A DNA stretch of 29,103 nucleotides from positions 1-29,103 of the forward strand of contig CANHYZ010000001.1 of the NCBI GenBank assembly GCA_947464885.1, written 5' to 3'. Made by a program: the position numbers and the translations under genes. The stretch is from Flavobacteriales bacterium (GTDB taxonomy: Bacteria; Bacteroidota; Bacteroidia; Flavobacteriales_D; Sanyastnellaceae). The notes under the pieces were generated by a model, which saw only the letters and a list, made by a program, of their open reading frames with translations, had not been told where the DNA came from and searched no databases. This document shows positions 17,080 through 25,123 of the stretch, one piece after another (positions within the stretch are counted from its first letter, which is position 1; each line of letters opens with the position of its first letter).

Positions 17080-18159
17080 TTAAGGGTTTGCCACCGGGAT
17101 CCAAGCTGCCGATTCCAGTTTGCTCAAAAAGTCATCGAGATCGATGGCAAAATGCTCCTCGCGTAATGGCGCGACGTGATTGCAGCTTAACGTTTGTAGC
17201 ACATAACTGTTTCCTTGCAAGTAATCATCCGACAGTTTCAATTGGTGCAAGTAATCCAGTTCAAGGGCTTCATTCAAATCGAAACCAATGTATTGATCGA
17301 GTTGGATATCATAGGATACACCGATGACATGCAGGCCCGATTGAAAGGTCAAGAAAGTCGGGACGCGCACCAAATCCCGGCGCTCCACAATTAAATGGCC
17401 CAGGGTGTAATACGGATAGATCATTTTTTCCCAGGACCTGCCCGTTTCTGCCATGAGTGCTTCTAGCGCATCGAGCTTTCGGCGGATTTTGGCGGCTTTG
17501 CCCTCGCCTGTTATTGCTTGCGACCAATTCCAGCCTTCGTCTTTGTTCAGCCACTGACATGGTCCGAGTTCCAGTTTGTAGTCGAAACCCGATGGCAGAT
17601 CCAGTACGTAACCGGGATAGTAATAATCCAATCCCAGGCGTTTGGCCATATCGATTTCGAGCAACATGGTAAAGGTGCCCAGGCTGAATCGAGCATATGC
17701 CGGGTCGTACAGACAAAGAATCGAAGCCATACTGCTCTCACCGGCATCGATATAGCTTACGGCAACGAGTTTCTCGCCATCGTAAACACTCAGTTCCATG
17801 GCATCGATTTCAGCACCCATCCGAGGGGAGAGCAGAATATCTTCCAACGTCTCGTGCACGAAGGCTTTGAAGCGATGCATGTGCCCGCGGTACAACTCTT
17901 CCCTTCGCGCGTCAACCCGAGGGGTTCCAACGCGCAAGTTGAATCGATTCATGTTCTTGCGAAACAGCTTAGCGTGCGATCGGCGCATACTGAAAGCATG
18001 CACCGGAAACCTTATGTTGCGTATGCCGTATACCTGCTCGTCGATACAAACCACCTCGCTGCGGTAGATAATTCCCGTGCCCCGAAACCAACCCATGCTC
18101 AATAAAGCATCGTAGTCGGCGCGGCGGAGACCTTGAATGGGTGCAGTTTGAACGAGCAT
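17080..18159 (-). CDS. ATE/Bpt-family aminoacyl-tRNA-protein transferase with a C-terminal extension
   Basis: YDALLSMGWFR, F..RRSHAKLFRKN, ELSVYDGEKLVAVSYID, SILCLYDP.Y.RFSLGTFTMLLEI, YYYPGY and DYK motifs of the ATE_N/ATE_C fold. Confidence 0.8.
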   Translation of the reverse strand: MLVQTAPIQGLRRADYDALLSMGWFRGTGIIYRSEVVCIDEQVYGIRNIRFPVHAFSMRRSHAKLFRKNMNRFNLRVGTPRVDARREELYRGHMHRFKAFVHETLEDILLSPRMGAEIDAMELSVYDGEKLVAVSYIDAGESSMASILCLYDPAYARFSLGTFTMLLEIDMAKRLGLDYYYPGYVLDLPSGFDYKLELGPCQWLNKDEGWNWSQAITGEGKAAKIRRKLDALEALMAETGRSWEKMIYPYYTLGHLIVERRDLVRVPTFLTFQSGLHVIGVSYDIQLDQYIGFDLNEALELDYLHQLKLSDDYLQGNSYVLQTLSCNHVAPLREEHFAIDLDDFLSKLESAAWIPVANP

Positions 18160-18292
18160 TATGGCGAATATAACGCATTTGGAACCAACACAAAAAACGA
18201 TATCGTAACAGCGCTTAACGGTTCTTTCACGCAGGCTTCATACCCTCTTGAATTAATCGATAACATATTTGTTTCATCAAAACTGAGTACCC

Positions 18293-18466
18293 ATGACACA
18301 CACCAACGTCATCCTTCAATTCCTGGAAAACGGCATGTGCAAAAACATTCATGCCCGCATCCAAAAATTGCAACGCGAGCACGAACAAGAGGTGCTTTAC
18401 ACCCAGGACGGACATCGCATTCCTCTCGACAACATACTCAGTATTAATGGCTTGAACTGGGGTTAA
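18293..18466 (+). CDS. 57-aa small protein, Rof (Rho-binding antiterminator)-like
   Basis: MTHTNVILQFLENGMCKNIHARIQKLQREHEQEVLYTQDGHRIPLDNILSINGLNWG. Divergent from the ATE gene and followed by a hairpin plus T-run. Below the 60-aa cutoff of the ORF track. Confidence 0.6.
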   Translation: MTHTNVILQFLENGMCKNIHARIQKLQREHEQEVLYTQDGHRIPLDNILSINGLNWG

Positions 18467-18500
18467 GTCGGAACACTTAAAGTATTCGTCGAAATCTTGC

Positions 18501-18527
18501 ATGGAATGTTAAACATTCCATTTTTTG
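18501..18527 (+). terminator. AT-rich hairpin plus T-run after the 57-aa ORF (could instead be an operator)
   Basis: ATGGAATGT-TAA-ACATTCCAT followed by TTTTT, 34 nt after TAA 18466. Confidence 0.5.
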
Positions 18528-18529
18528 TG

Positions 18530-18537
18530 TACATTTG
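18530..18537 (+). promoter_or_regulatory. -7 promoter box (TACATTTG)
   Basis: Exact TAnnTTTG match 23 nt upstream of ATG 18561. Confidence 0.6.
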
Positions 18538-18560
18538 CTTCCTTACTGAAATCTAAAAAC

Positions 18561-19061
18561 ATGAAAACAAAGTTGTCTGTACTCCTTGTACTCTCTTGTC
18601 TTTGTATTTACGCTACTGCTCAGATTCAAATTCAATCTTACCAGCACGAAATCAGTTGTGACATTGATGCGTTGCAGGATCTACCCACTATTAACGCCAC
18701 TTCCCCGACAGGTAAGGTCGCCATTGGATACGATGAGCACATCTATTCAGGCGGATGCCTCGGCACGTTGGTAAGGACTTTCAAATACGCTGATGCGAAT
18801 GGCAACACAGCCGAGGCGCAACAAATCGTCCACATTACCGATATGCAACCTCCACGTCTGTTGGGCGAGGCTCCCAATATTTCTACCACACGCGATATGG
18901 TTCCCGAGCCTGCTGAATTCGCGGCTGTAGATAATAGCGGTGAAACATTTGACGTGATTTTCAAGGAAGTCAAGTCCGAAGGTCGCATAACCCGTATGTG
19001 GACATGCACCGACTCATGCGGCAACATCGCTCGCCGCACACAAATCATCACACTCGAATAA
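18561..19061 (+). CDS. Secreted protein with two HYR-like repeats
   Basis: ATG 18561 (MKTKL...ATA|Q) preferred over 18525. LVRTFKYADANGNTAEAQQIVHITDMQPP and ITRMWTCTDSCGNIARRTQIITL. Confidence 0.75.
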   Translation: MKTKLSVLLVLSCLCIYATAQIQIQSYQHEISCDIDALQDLPTINATSPTGKVAIGYDEHIYSGGCLGTLVRTFKYADANGNTAEAQQIVHITDMQPPRLLGEAPNISTTRDMVPEPAEFAAVDNSGETFDVIFKEVKSEGRITRMWTCTDSCGNIARRTQIITLE

Positions 19062-19081
19062 GTCGTTTCAATGTATAAAGT

Positions 19082-19115
19082 CGAGAACAGTCAGGCTCCG
19101 GCTTGACTGTTCTCG
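19082..19115. terminator. Long hairpin after the HYR-like gene
   Basis: CGAGAACAGTCAGGC-TCCG-GCTTGACTGTTCTCG followed by TTTAT. Confidence 0.7.
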
Positions 19116-19155
19116 TTTATGATTAACTTGCGAGCATCAAACAAAAAATTAAGGT

Positions 19156-20115
19156 ATGAGTCTCCACGAAATGGGTATACCCAGTGTTGATTTGAATGAT
19201 TTCATTCACGGCAATGCTGAGCAGAAAAAGAACTTTGTCGCAGAATTGGGGCACGCTTACGAAGGCATCGGCTTCGTTGCTGTTAAAAACCACTTGATTG
19301 CAGAAGCCACGGTCGAACGACTTTACAAGGAAGTAAAAGCCTTCTTCGATTTACCGGAGGATACCAAAAAGAAATATGAAATCGTGGAGCTCGCCGGCCA
19401 GCGCGGCTATACGTCATTCGGCCGCGAACATGCGAAAGGCAGTAACGCCGGCGACCTGAAAGAGTTCTGGCATTTTGGTCAGGAGGTGACCGATGGCGAT
19501 CCAATCAAATCGGAATATCCGGCGAACATCTTCACTCAAGAGCTGCCAGGTTTCAATGAGGTGGGCATTCAGGCTTACCGAGATTTAGAATCTACCGGCC
19601 GCTATATGCTCCGTGCTATTGCCATTCATCTTGGACTCGATGAATTCTACTTTGATGCTAAAATCAAAAACGGGAATTCGATTCTTCGTCCGATTCACTA
19701 CCCACCTATTACGGCTGAGCCTAAGAGTGCCGTGCGCGCAGGTCAGCACGAAGACATCAACCTCATCACCCTGCTCATTGGCGCGTCCGCCGATGGATTG
19801 GAAGTACTCAATAAGAAAAATGAATGGGTGGCTGTTACGGCTTTACCGGATCATATTGTGGTGAACGTCGGGGACATGCTACAGCGTTTGACCAATGGCA
19901 AACTCAAGAGTACCACTCACCGTGTAGTGAACCCTTCACGTGAAAAATGGGGAAGTTCGCGCTTTAGTATTCCTTTCTTCCTGCATCCACGAAGCGAAAT
20001 GCGCCTAGATTGCTTGGCTTCCTGTGTTCCCGCCGGCGAAACGCCACATTGGGAGCCCATTTCAGCCGGTGATTTCCTCGATGAACGCTTGGCTGAGATT
20101 GGCCTTAAGAAGTAA
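19156..20115 (+). CDS. Isopenicillin N synthase-family 2OG-Fe(II) oxygenase
   Basis: GFVAVKNH, LRPIHYPP, HEDINLITLL (HxD), VVNVGDMLQRLTNG.LKSTTHRV and RFSIPFF. Confidence 0.92.
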   Translation: MSLHEMGIPSVDLNDFIHGNAEQKKNFVAELGHAYEGIGFVAVKNHLIAEATVERLYKEVKAFFDLPEDTKKKYEIVELAGQRGYTSFGREHAKGSNAGDLKEFWHFGQEVTDGDPIKSEYPANIFTQELPGFNEVGIQAYRDLESTGRYMLRAIAIHLGLDEFYFDAKIKNGNSILRPIHYPPITAEPKSAVRAGQHEDINLITLLIGASADGLEVLNKKNEWVAVTALPDHIVVNVGDMLQRLTNGKLKSTTHRVVNPSREKWGSSRFSIPFFLHPRSEMRLDCLASCVPAGETPHWEPISAGDFLDERLAEIGLKK

Positions 20116-20124
20116 TCGAAGCGC

Positions 20125-20448
20125 ATGAAAATTCGGATTGGCAATCAATCGCTGCGCGTGCGAATCTCACTTGCTGAAGCCGAAGCACTGCACCAAGGCA
20201 AGGAAATAACAACCACGCTGCATTTCAACGCGATTGATGTTTTTGAAGTGGTGTTGCGCACCTGGAATTTATCGATTGCAGAGGTGCATTATCAGGCCAA
20301 TCAATTGACTGCATCCATTCCGCTTGAAGTATCCCAACACTTGGTGAACACGCGCGGCTATAGCTTTCGCAGCGAACAGCAAGGTGCTGATGGTTCACCT
20401 TTATCATTTGAAGTTGAAATTGATTTAGAAAAAGCAAAACACGCATGA
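20125..20448 (+). CDS. Conserved hypothetical protein (MKIRI..SLRVRIS family)
   Basis: Starts 9 nt after the oxygenase stop and overlaps the next gene by 4 nt (ATGA). N-terminal MKIRIGNQSLRVRIS and C-terminal VEID pattern. Confidence 0.75.
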   Translation: MKIRIGNQSLRVRISLAEAEALHQGKEITTTLHFNAIDVFEVVLRTWNLSIAEVHYQANQLTASIPLEVSQHLVNTRGYSFRSEQQGADGSPLSFEVEIDLEKAKHA

Positions 20449-20969
20449 CTCCTCACCTACTCTTATTGATGCTTGAAGTTTTGGCCGTTGGCGCACTGGT
20501 ATCTGTCATCATCTATCTGTTCAATACCTGGATCAAGCACCGCGAGCGTTCCTGGATGTTTGCGCTTCGTCAGGACAACAACAAGGCGCTCGCCCCATTG
20601 CGCATCAGCGCCTATGAGCGCATTATCGTGATGCTTGAGCGCACCACTCCCCAAAGCATGGTCATGCGCCTTTCGGTTAGCTCATCGAATGCCGCTTATT
20701 TGCATATGGACCTGACCAAGGCGTTGAGAGAAGAATTCGATCATAACATTTCACTTCAGATGTATGTCAGCGATGAATGCTGGGCCAAAGTAAAACGCGC
20801 CAAAGAAGAAACCGGCGAGCTTTACAAAGTAGCCTTCACCCGAGTGAAAGCCGATAGCACAGCTGCTGAATATGCCCGTGAAATTCTGCACCTTGAAGCC
20901 ACCGTGGGCAACAGCGCCATTCGTGAGGCGGTGGTGGCGGTGAGAAATGAGATGGGGAAGCATTTTTAA
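20445..20969 (+). CDS. Conserved Bacteroidota membrane-anchored hypothetical protein
   Basis: N-terminal TM helix, LRISAYERIIVMLER and IREEF-like (LREEFDHNISLQMYVSDECW) motifs. Translationally coupled to the upstream gene. Confidence 0.8.
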   Translation: MTPHLLLLMLEVLAVGALVSVIIYLFNTWIKHRERSWMFALRQDNNKALAPLRISAYERIIVMLERTTPQSMVMRLSVSSSNAAYLHMDLTKALREEFDHNISLQMYVSDECWAKVKRAKEETGELYKVAFTRVKADSTAAEYAREILHLEATVGNSAIREAVVAVRNEMGKHF

Positions 20970-21222
20970 GAGCCAATAGCATTAGCGATAACTTCATTCT
21001 ATGAATATCGACCATTCGCTTTTATTGGTTTGCCGAACGCGGCAAAAAGTCAAGCTAGTTTGAAATTGTTTACAACTACAATCCGAATATCATACTTCAT
21101 AATATCGCATCTGAGATCTCCGTCACGGAATGGGAATTAAGTTGCCTTGACTTCAATAAGTTGGACATCGCTACGGTAAGACTTTGACCAATTAACGTAT
21201 TTTCGCTCAAAATCTTCATGCT

Positions 21223-22203
21223 ATGAAACCACGTCTGACATTTTATGGGGTCATAATCTTTGTCCTTGCGATGGGACTTCATATGATGTTTGCTCTGGCG
21301 CTTTTGTTGCTCAAATTGATTTCGAATGACCATTTGAATCTAACGTGTAAGCCCTTTATTGAAACCACCCTTTTGGTGACCATTTCCGGTCTGTTCCTAG
21401 GAGTTATCATGGTCCTCTTTGAACTTTTATGGATTAAGAAAGACAATAGGATAGTTCAGAATAATCCTGTTAGCCCAGACGAGAAACTCACCGTAGTGCT
21501 GACCGCATACAATGACGAATTGAGTATTCAAGAAGCTGTGCGTGACTTTCAGGTTCATCCTCGTGTGCAACGAGTTATTGTAATTAGCAACAACAGCACC
21601 GACAGAACAATGGAATTCGCCAAAGAAACAGGGGCGATAGTCTACAACGAAACACTTCAAGGTTATGGAGCCTGTGTTTATCGCGCATTAACCGAGGGTA
21701 TGAATCAAACCGATACGACTCTCACCTTGCTTTGCGAAGGCGACTGCACATTTCGAGCTCATGACATTGACAAATTTTTAGCCTATTTACCTCACGCGGA
21801 CATTGTCAATGGTTCTAGAATTGTTGAACAACTCAGAACCGGAGGCTCACAATTGACAACCTTCATGTATTACGGTAATTTCTTCGTAGGCAAACTGCTT
21901 GAGTTTAAACACGTGGAACAAGGAACACTAACAGATGTTGGAACTACCTACAAGTTATGTAGAAACAATGCACTCCAAGCTTTATTACCTAACTTATCTC
22001 CTAAAATCAATCTTGAGTTCAATCCCTATCTCCTTGACACGGCTCTCGAAATGAAAATGAAAATAGTCGAATGTCCTATTACTTTCTATCCGAGAGTAGG
22101 GGCTAGTAAAGGTGGTAATAAAAATAACCTCGTCGCTTTAAACCTTGGCTTGCGTATGATGTTCGGTCTGATTATCAGCTGGAAACCACTTAGCGCCAAG
22201 TAA
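21223..22203 (+). CDS. Family 2 glycosyltransferase (polyprenol-phosphate glycosyltransferase-like) with two N-terminal TM helices
   Basis: LTVVLTAYNDE, VISNNSTDRT, GYGA, LCEGD, DIVNGSR, KIVECPITFYPRVGASK. Confidence 0.88.
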   Translation: MKPRLTFYGVIIFVLAMGLHMMFALALLLLKLISNDHLNLTCKPFIETTLLVTISGLFLGVIMVLFELLWIKKDNRIVQNNPVSPDEKLTVVLTAYNDELSIQEAVRDFQVHPRVQRVIVISNNSTDRTMEFAKETGAIVYNETLQGYGACVYRALTEGMNQTDTTLTLLCEGDCTFRAHDIDKFLAYLPHADIVNGSRIVEQLRTGGSQLTTFMYYGNFFVGKLLEFKHVEQGTLTDVGTTYKLCRNNALQALLPNLSPKINLEFNPYLLDTALEMKMKIVECPITFYPRVGASKGGNKNNLVALNLGLRMMFGLIISWKPLSAK

Positions 22204-22262
22204 TACTTCGTGACGCTGAAGTCCAAAATTGCCTGCTAACATAACTACTGCTTCTCAAAATC

Positions 22263-24023
22263 ATGAACGCGAAAAGAAGAAACGACATTATTGGATTTTG
22301 CATTACGACGTTATACATCTTAATCTATTTGGGATCCGGTGAATACAACTATCAGGAAATACATGACAGCCTAGAATACTTTGTAGCCAATGTCCGTTCC
22401 GCCTTGTTGTGCAATGATCTATGGCAACTTAATCCCAATGCACAAATTGACAGCTTGATGGGCGGTGTGCCGCGGTATTGCTTTCAACATGGGATTGATT
22501 TTTTCATGGTCCTCTTCACTCTGTTCGAGCCATTTCATGCGTATGCCATTAATTTCGTTTTGGTGCATGCTATTGCCTTTTTTGGATTCTATCTCTTCTT
22601 TCGAGACTGCTTGTTAACCGTTATTCCGGAATGGGGAAAAAAATATGAGCATTACGCCGCATTGTTTGCTGCTTGTTTTTCCGTTCTCCCGCTCTATCCT
22701 GTATTAGGTTTTACTTTCGCAGGACTGCCGTTATTAGCATGGTCATTTTATAATGTCAAGCAACGCAATAGCCTGCGCATTCAGGATGTTGTCATTCCTA
22801 TCGCTTTCGCTTTTCACTCTTCTTTCGTTTATATAGGTGTATTTGTGCTCATAATAGCGGGTAGCATTATCGCTGTTAACGTAATACGCGATAGAAAAAT
22901 TCAGACTTCTTCTTTTACCTGGTTTTGCCTGGTTTCAATTACATACGTCATTTGTAACTATTACCTTTTTTACCAAGTTTTGTTTGCTAAAGACTTTATT
23001 TCTCATCGAGAGGCCTGGACGCCAATTGGATATTCTTGGAAAGTATCAATTGGAGCAGCCATTTCTATGTTTACCCATGGTCATTACCATGCAGCAAGTC
23101 ATCACTTCATTTCGCTGTTTCTTTTAATCTTGACCATTCCTTTGACAATCATTCATCGGAAACAGTGGTCCCTACCCGCAAAGTTCATTGCTTTTATAAC
23201 CCTAATAGCTTTTGTTATTAGCGCATTTTACGGCTTTTGGCAATGGACACCTATAGTTGAATTAAAGGAAAAAAGCAGAATACTTAAAATATTCAAGTGG
23301 GACAGATTCTATTTTTTCAATCCCATTATCTGGACCGTTTTATTCACCGCACTTACCCTTTACGCCTTAGAATTTATAAGTAAACCGCTCGTCAAACGTA
23401 TTTTCTTAATCTTAGTTTTGACTTTGCAACTTGGGACTTCGATACTCACAGAAGGTACAGCGCGGCAGAATATCTTAATGTATTGCGAAAAAATCATCCC
23501 GGTTGCTTCCGAGACTCAGCAAATTTTCTTAGGCCCCGACTATTACCATCTCTACATCAATCATAGAGGCACTTTCACCGGATTTTTTCAAGAAGACGTT
23601 TTTGACCAAATTGATAAAACAATTCATCTGCCTAAAAGCAGCTATCGCGTAGGAAGTGTTGCTCTTAATCCTGCGCTAGCTCTTTACAATGGATTCTATA
23701 CGATTGATGGTTATATGACTAGCTATCCTAAAGAACATAAAGACAAAATCCTTGAGGTTATCGAGCTTGCCGTTGACCACAATAACGCGTCATATCAAAC
23801 CTTCTTGAATTGGGGAGGACGATGCTATTTGTTTTCGGATCTAAAAAACTGCAGCGACCCTAATGGATGCGCCGTCAATTATAATATCGCCGCCTTAAAA
23901 GCCCTCAACTGCCGATACCTCATGAGCTCATTTCAACTTAAAGCGAATGACCAGCTCGTATTTATTGAAACCTTTACCGGAACATTAAACCCTCAAAAAA
24001 TCTACCTTTACGAAATTCGCTGA
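22263..24023 (+). CDS. DUF6044-like polytopic membrane protein (possible GT-C-type transferase)
   Basis: IHDSLE, NAQIDSLMGGVPR, AYAINFVLVHAIAFFGFYLF, about 10 TM helices, WDRFYFFNP, and a soluble C-terminus with YRVGSV.LNP.LALYNGFYTIDGY.TSYP. Confidence 0.78.
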   Translation: MNAKRRNDIIGFCITTLYILIYLGSGEYNYQEIHDSLEYFVANVRSALLCNDLWQLNPNAQIDSLMGGVPRYCFQHGIDFFMVLFTLFEPFHAYAINFVLVHAIAFFGFYLFFRDCLLTVIPEWGKKYEHYAALFAACFSVLPLYPVLGFTFAGLPLLAWSFYNVKQRNSLRIQDVVIPIAFAFHSSFVYIGVFVLIIAGSIIAVNVIRDRKIQTSSFTWFCLVSITYVICNYYLFYQVLFAKDFISHREAWTPIGYSWKVSIGAAISMFTHGHYHAASHHFISLFLLILTIPLTIIHRKQWSLPAKFIAFITLIAFVISAFYGFWQWTPIVELKEKSRILKIFKWDRFYFFNPIIWTVLFTALTLYALEFISKPLVKRIFLILVLTLQLGTSILTEGTARQNILMYCEKIIPVASETQQIFLGPDYYHLYINHRGTFTGFFQEDVFDQIDKTIHLPKSSYRVGSVALNPALALYNGFYTIDGYMTSYPKEHKDKILEVIELAVDHNNASYQTFLNWGGRCYLFSDLKNCSDPNGCAVNYNIAALKALNCRYLMSSFQLKANDQLVFIETFTGTLNPQKIYLYEIR

Positions 24024-24106
24024 ATAGCTAACCTGACCGATTTTATACCTTTAGACAAGTAAGCGACCAACACCTTGCGATCAATAAAACAATCCATAGC
24101 TTCAAC

Positions 24107-24742
24107 ATGAATAATGCCCAGTCTTATTATGAATCACGATTCACTTTCAACTCCGGACGCAGCGTAGTTTGGAAAGCAATTGCTGAGTTTCTGAACAAGT
24201 TTACACCACGTAACGCCAGTGTTCTTGATTTGGGCTGCGGATACGGCGACTTTATCAACAACATATCGGCCGAACACAAATACGCTATTGATCTAAATCC
24301 CGACAATAGCCAATTCATGAACAAGGATGTCCATTTTTTTGGAGCCTCAGTTCTCGATAAATTCCCCATACAGGATGAATCTTTAGACATTGTATTCGCA
24401 AGTAATTTATTGGAGCATTTTGATGATGGTGAACTAGCCATAATCATGAGCAACGTGAAGCGTTGTTTAAAGCCCGGTGGACGATTTATTGTGATGCAAC
24501 CCAATTACTACTATTGCTTCCGAGAGTACTGGGATGATTACACCCACAAAAAAGCCTTTAGCCATACCGCGATTACTGACTTCTTTAGGAGTTCCGGATT
24601 GACCATCGAAAAGGTGATTCCGCGTTTTATGCCATTCTCGCTTAAGTCACGACTTCCTAAATCCTATTGGTTGACGCGCTTTTACTTGAACTCACCCATT
24701 CGTCCCTTTGCCAAACAAATGCTCGTGGTTGCATCTAAGTAA
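24107..24742 (+). CDS. Class I SAM-dependent methyltransferase
   Basis: VLDLGCGYG, DIVFASNLLEH, CLKPGGRFIV, YWDDYTH. Confidence 0.9.
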   Translation: MNNAQSYYESRFTFNSGRSVVWKAIAEFLNKFTPRNASVLDLGCGYGDFINNISAEHKYAIDLNPDNSQFMNKDVHFFGASVLDKFPIQDESLDIVFASNLLEHFDDGELAIIMSNVKRCLKPGGRFIVMQPNYYYCFREYWDDYTHKKAFSHTAITDFFRSSGLTIEKVIPRFMPFSLKSRLPKSYWLTRFYLNSPIRPFAKQMLVVASK

Positions 24743-25040
24743 GGTCGAATGAAGTATAAAACATCACCGTAACCTCTTTTGCTATTGAATGGCCTTTAAT
24801 CTGAAAGGCTTAGATGGATATAATCTCAAAAAAATCCTCAAACATCGGGTCATGATTCCAGCCAGCAAGTAATTGACAGGCTAACCTACGTTCTTGTCTG
24901 AGATATACGTGTTGTTTACTCTATCAGTGTTGGACAAGCTGAGAAAACACGGACTCTGCTGTAAACAACCTTTCAGTGCAATTTAAAGTTCAGACATGCG
25001 CAATCAGACGCACGACATGTTGCCCCGAATCGTCGTTGTT

Positions 25041-25065
25041 CATTCGCCACTCGCCACTCGCCATT
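25041..25065. repeat. Short heptamer tandem array (CA[T/C]TCGC)n
   Basis: cattcgc-cactcgc-cactcgc-catt, related to the arrays at 7642-7789. Ends 13 nt upstream of a TATCTTCG box (25079-25086). Confidence 0.6.
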
Positions 25066-25123
25066 AAACATTCCTTCCTATCTTCGCGTTCGGTTCAATG
25101 AATAACCAAACTCACATTTCACC

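Noticed and set aside
17518-18105. 195-aa plus-strand ORF opposite the ATE-family gene
   Set aside because: No motifs, and wholly antisense to a well-supported CDS.
18227-18502. 91-aa minus-strand ORF in the track
   Set aside because: No recognisable motif, and it overlaps the 57-aa plus-strand ORF, which has a family-like pattern and a downstream terminator. Not fully excluded.
21028-21045. Hairpin TTTGCCG-AACG-CGGCAAA
   Set aside because: Short stem with no U-tract on either strand; too weak to call.
24743-25040. Long intergenic region examined for a small ORF or ncRNA
   Set aside because: Only short frames without a credible start or motif, and no recognisable RNA structure.
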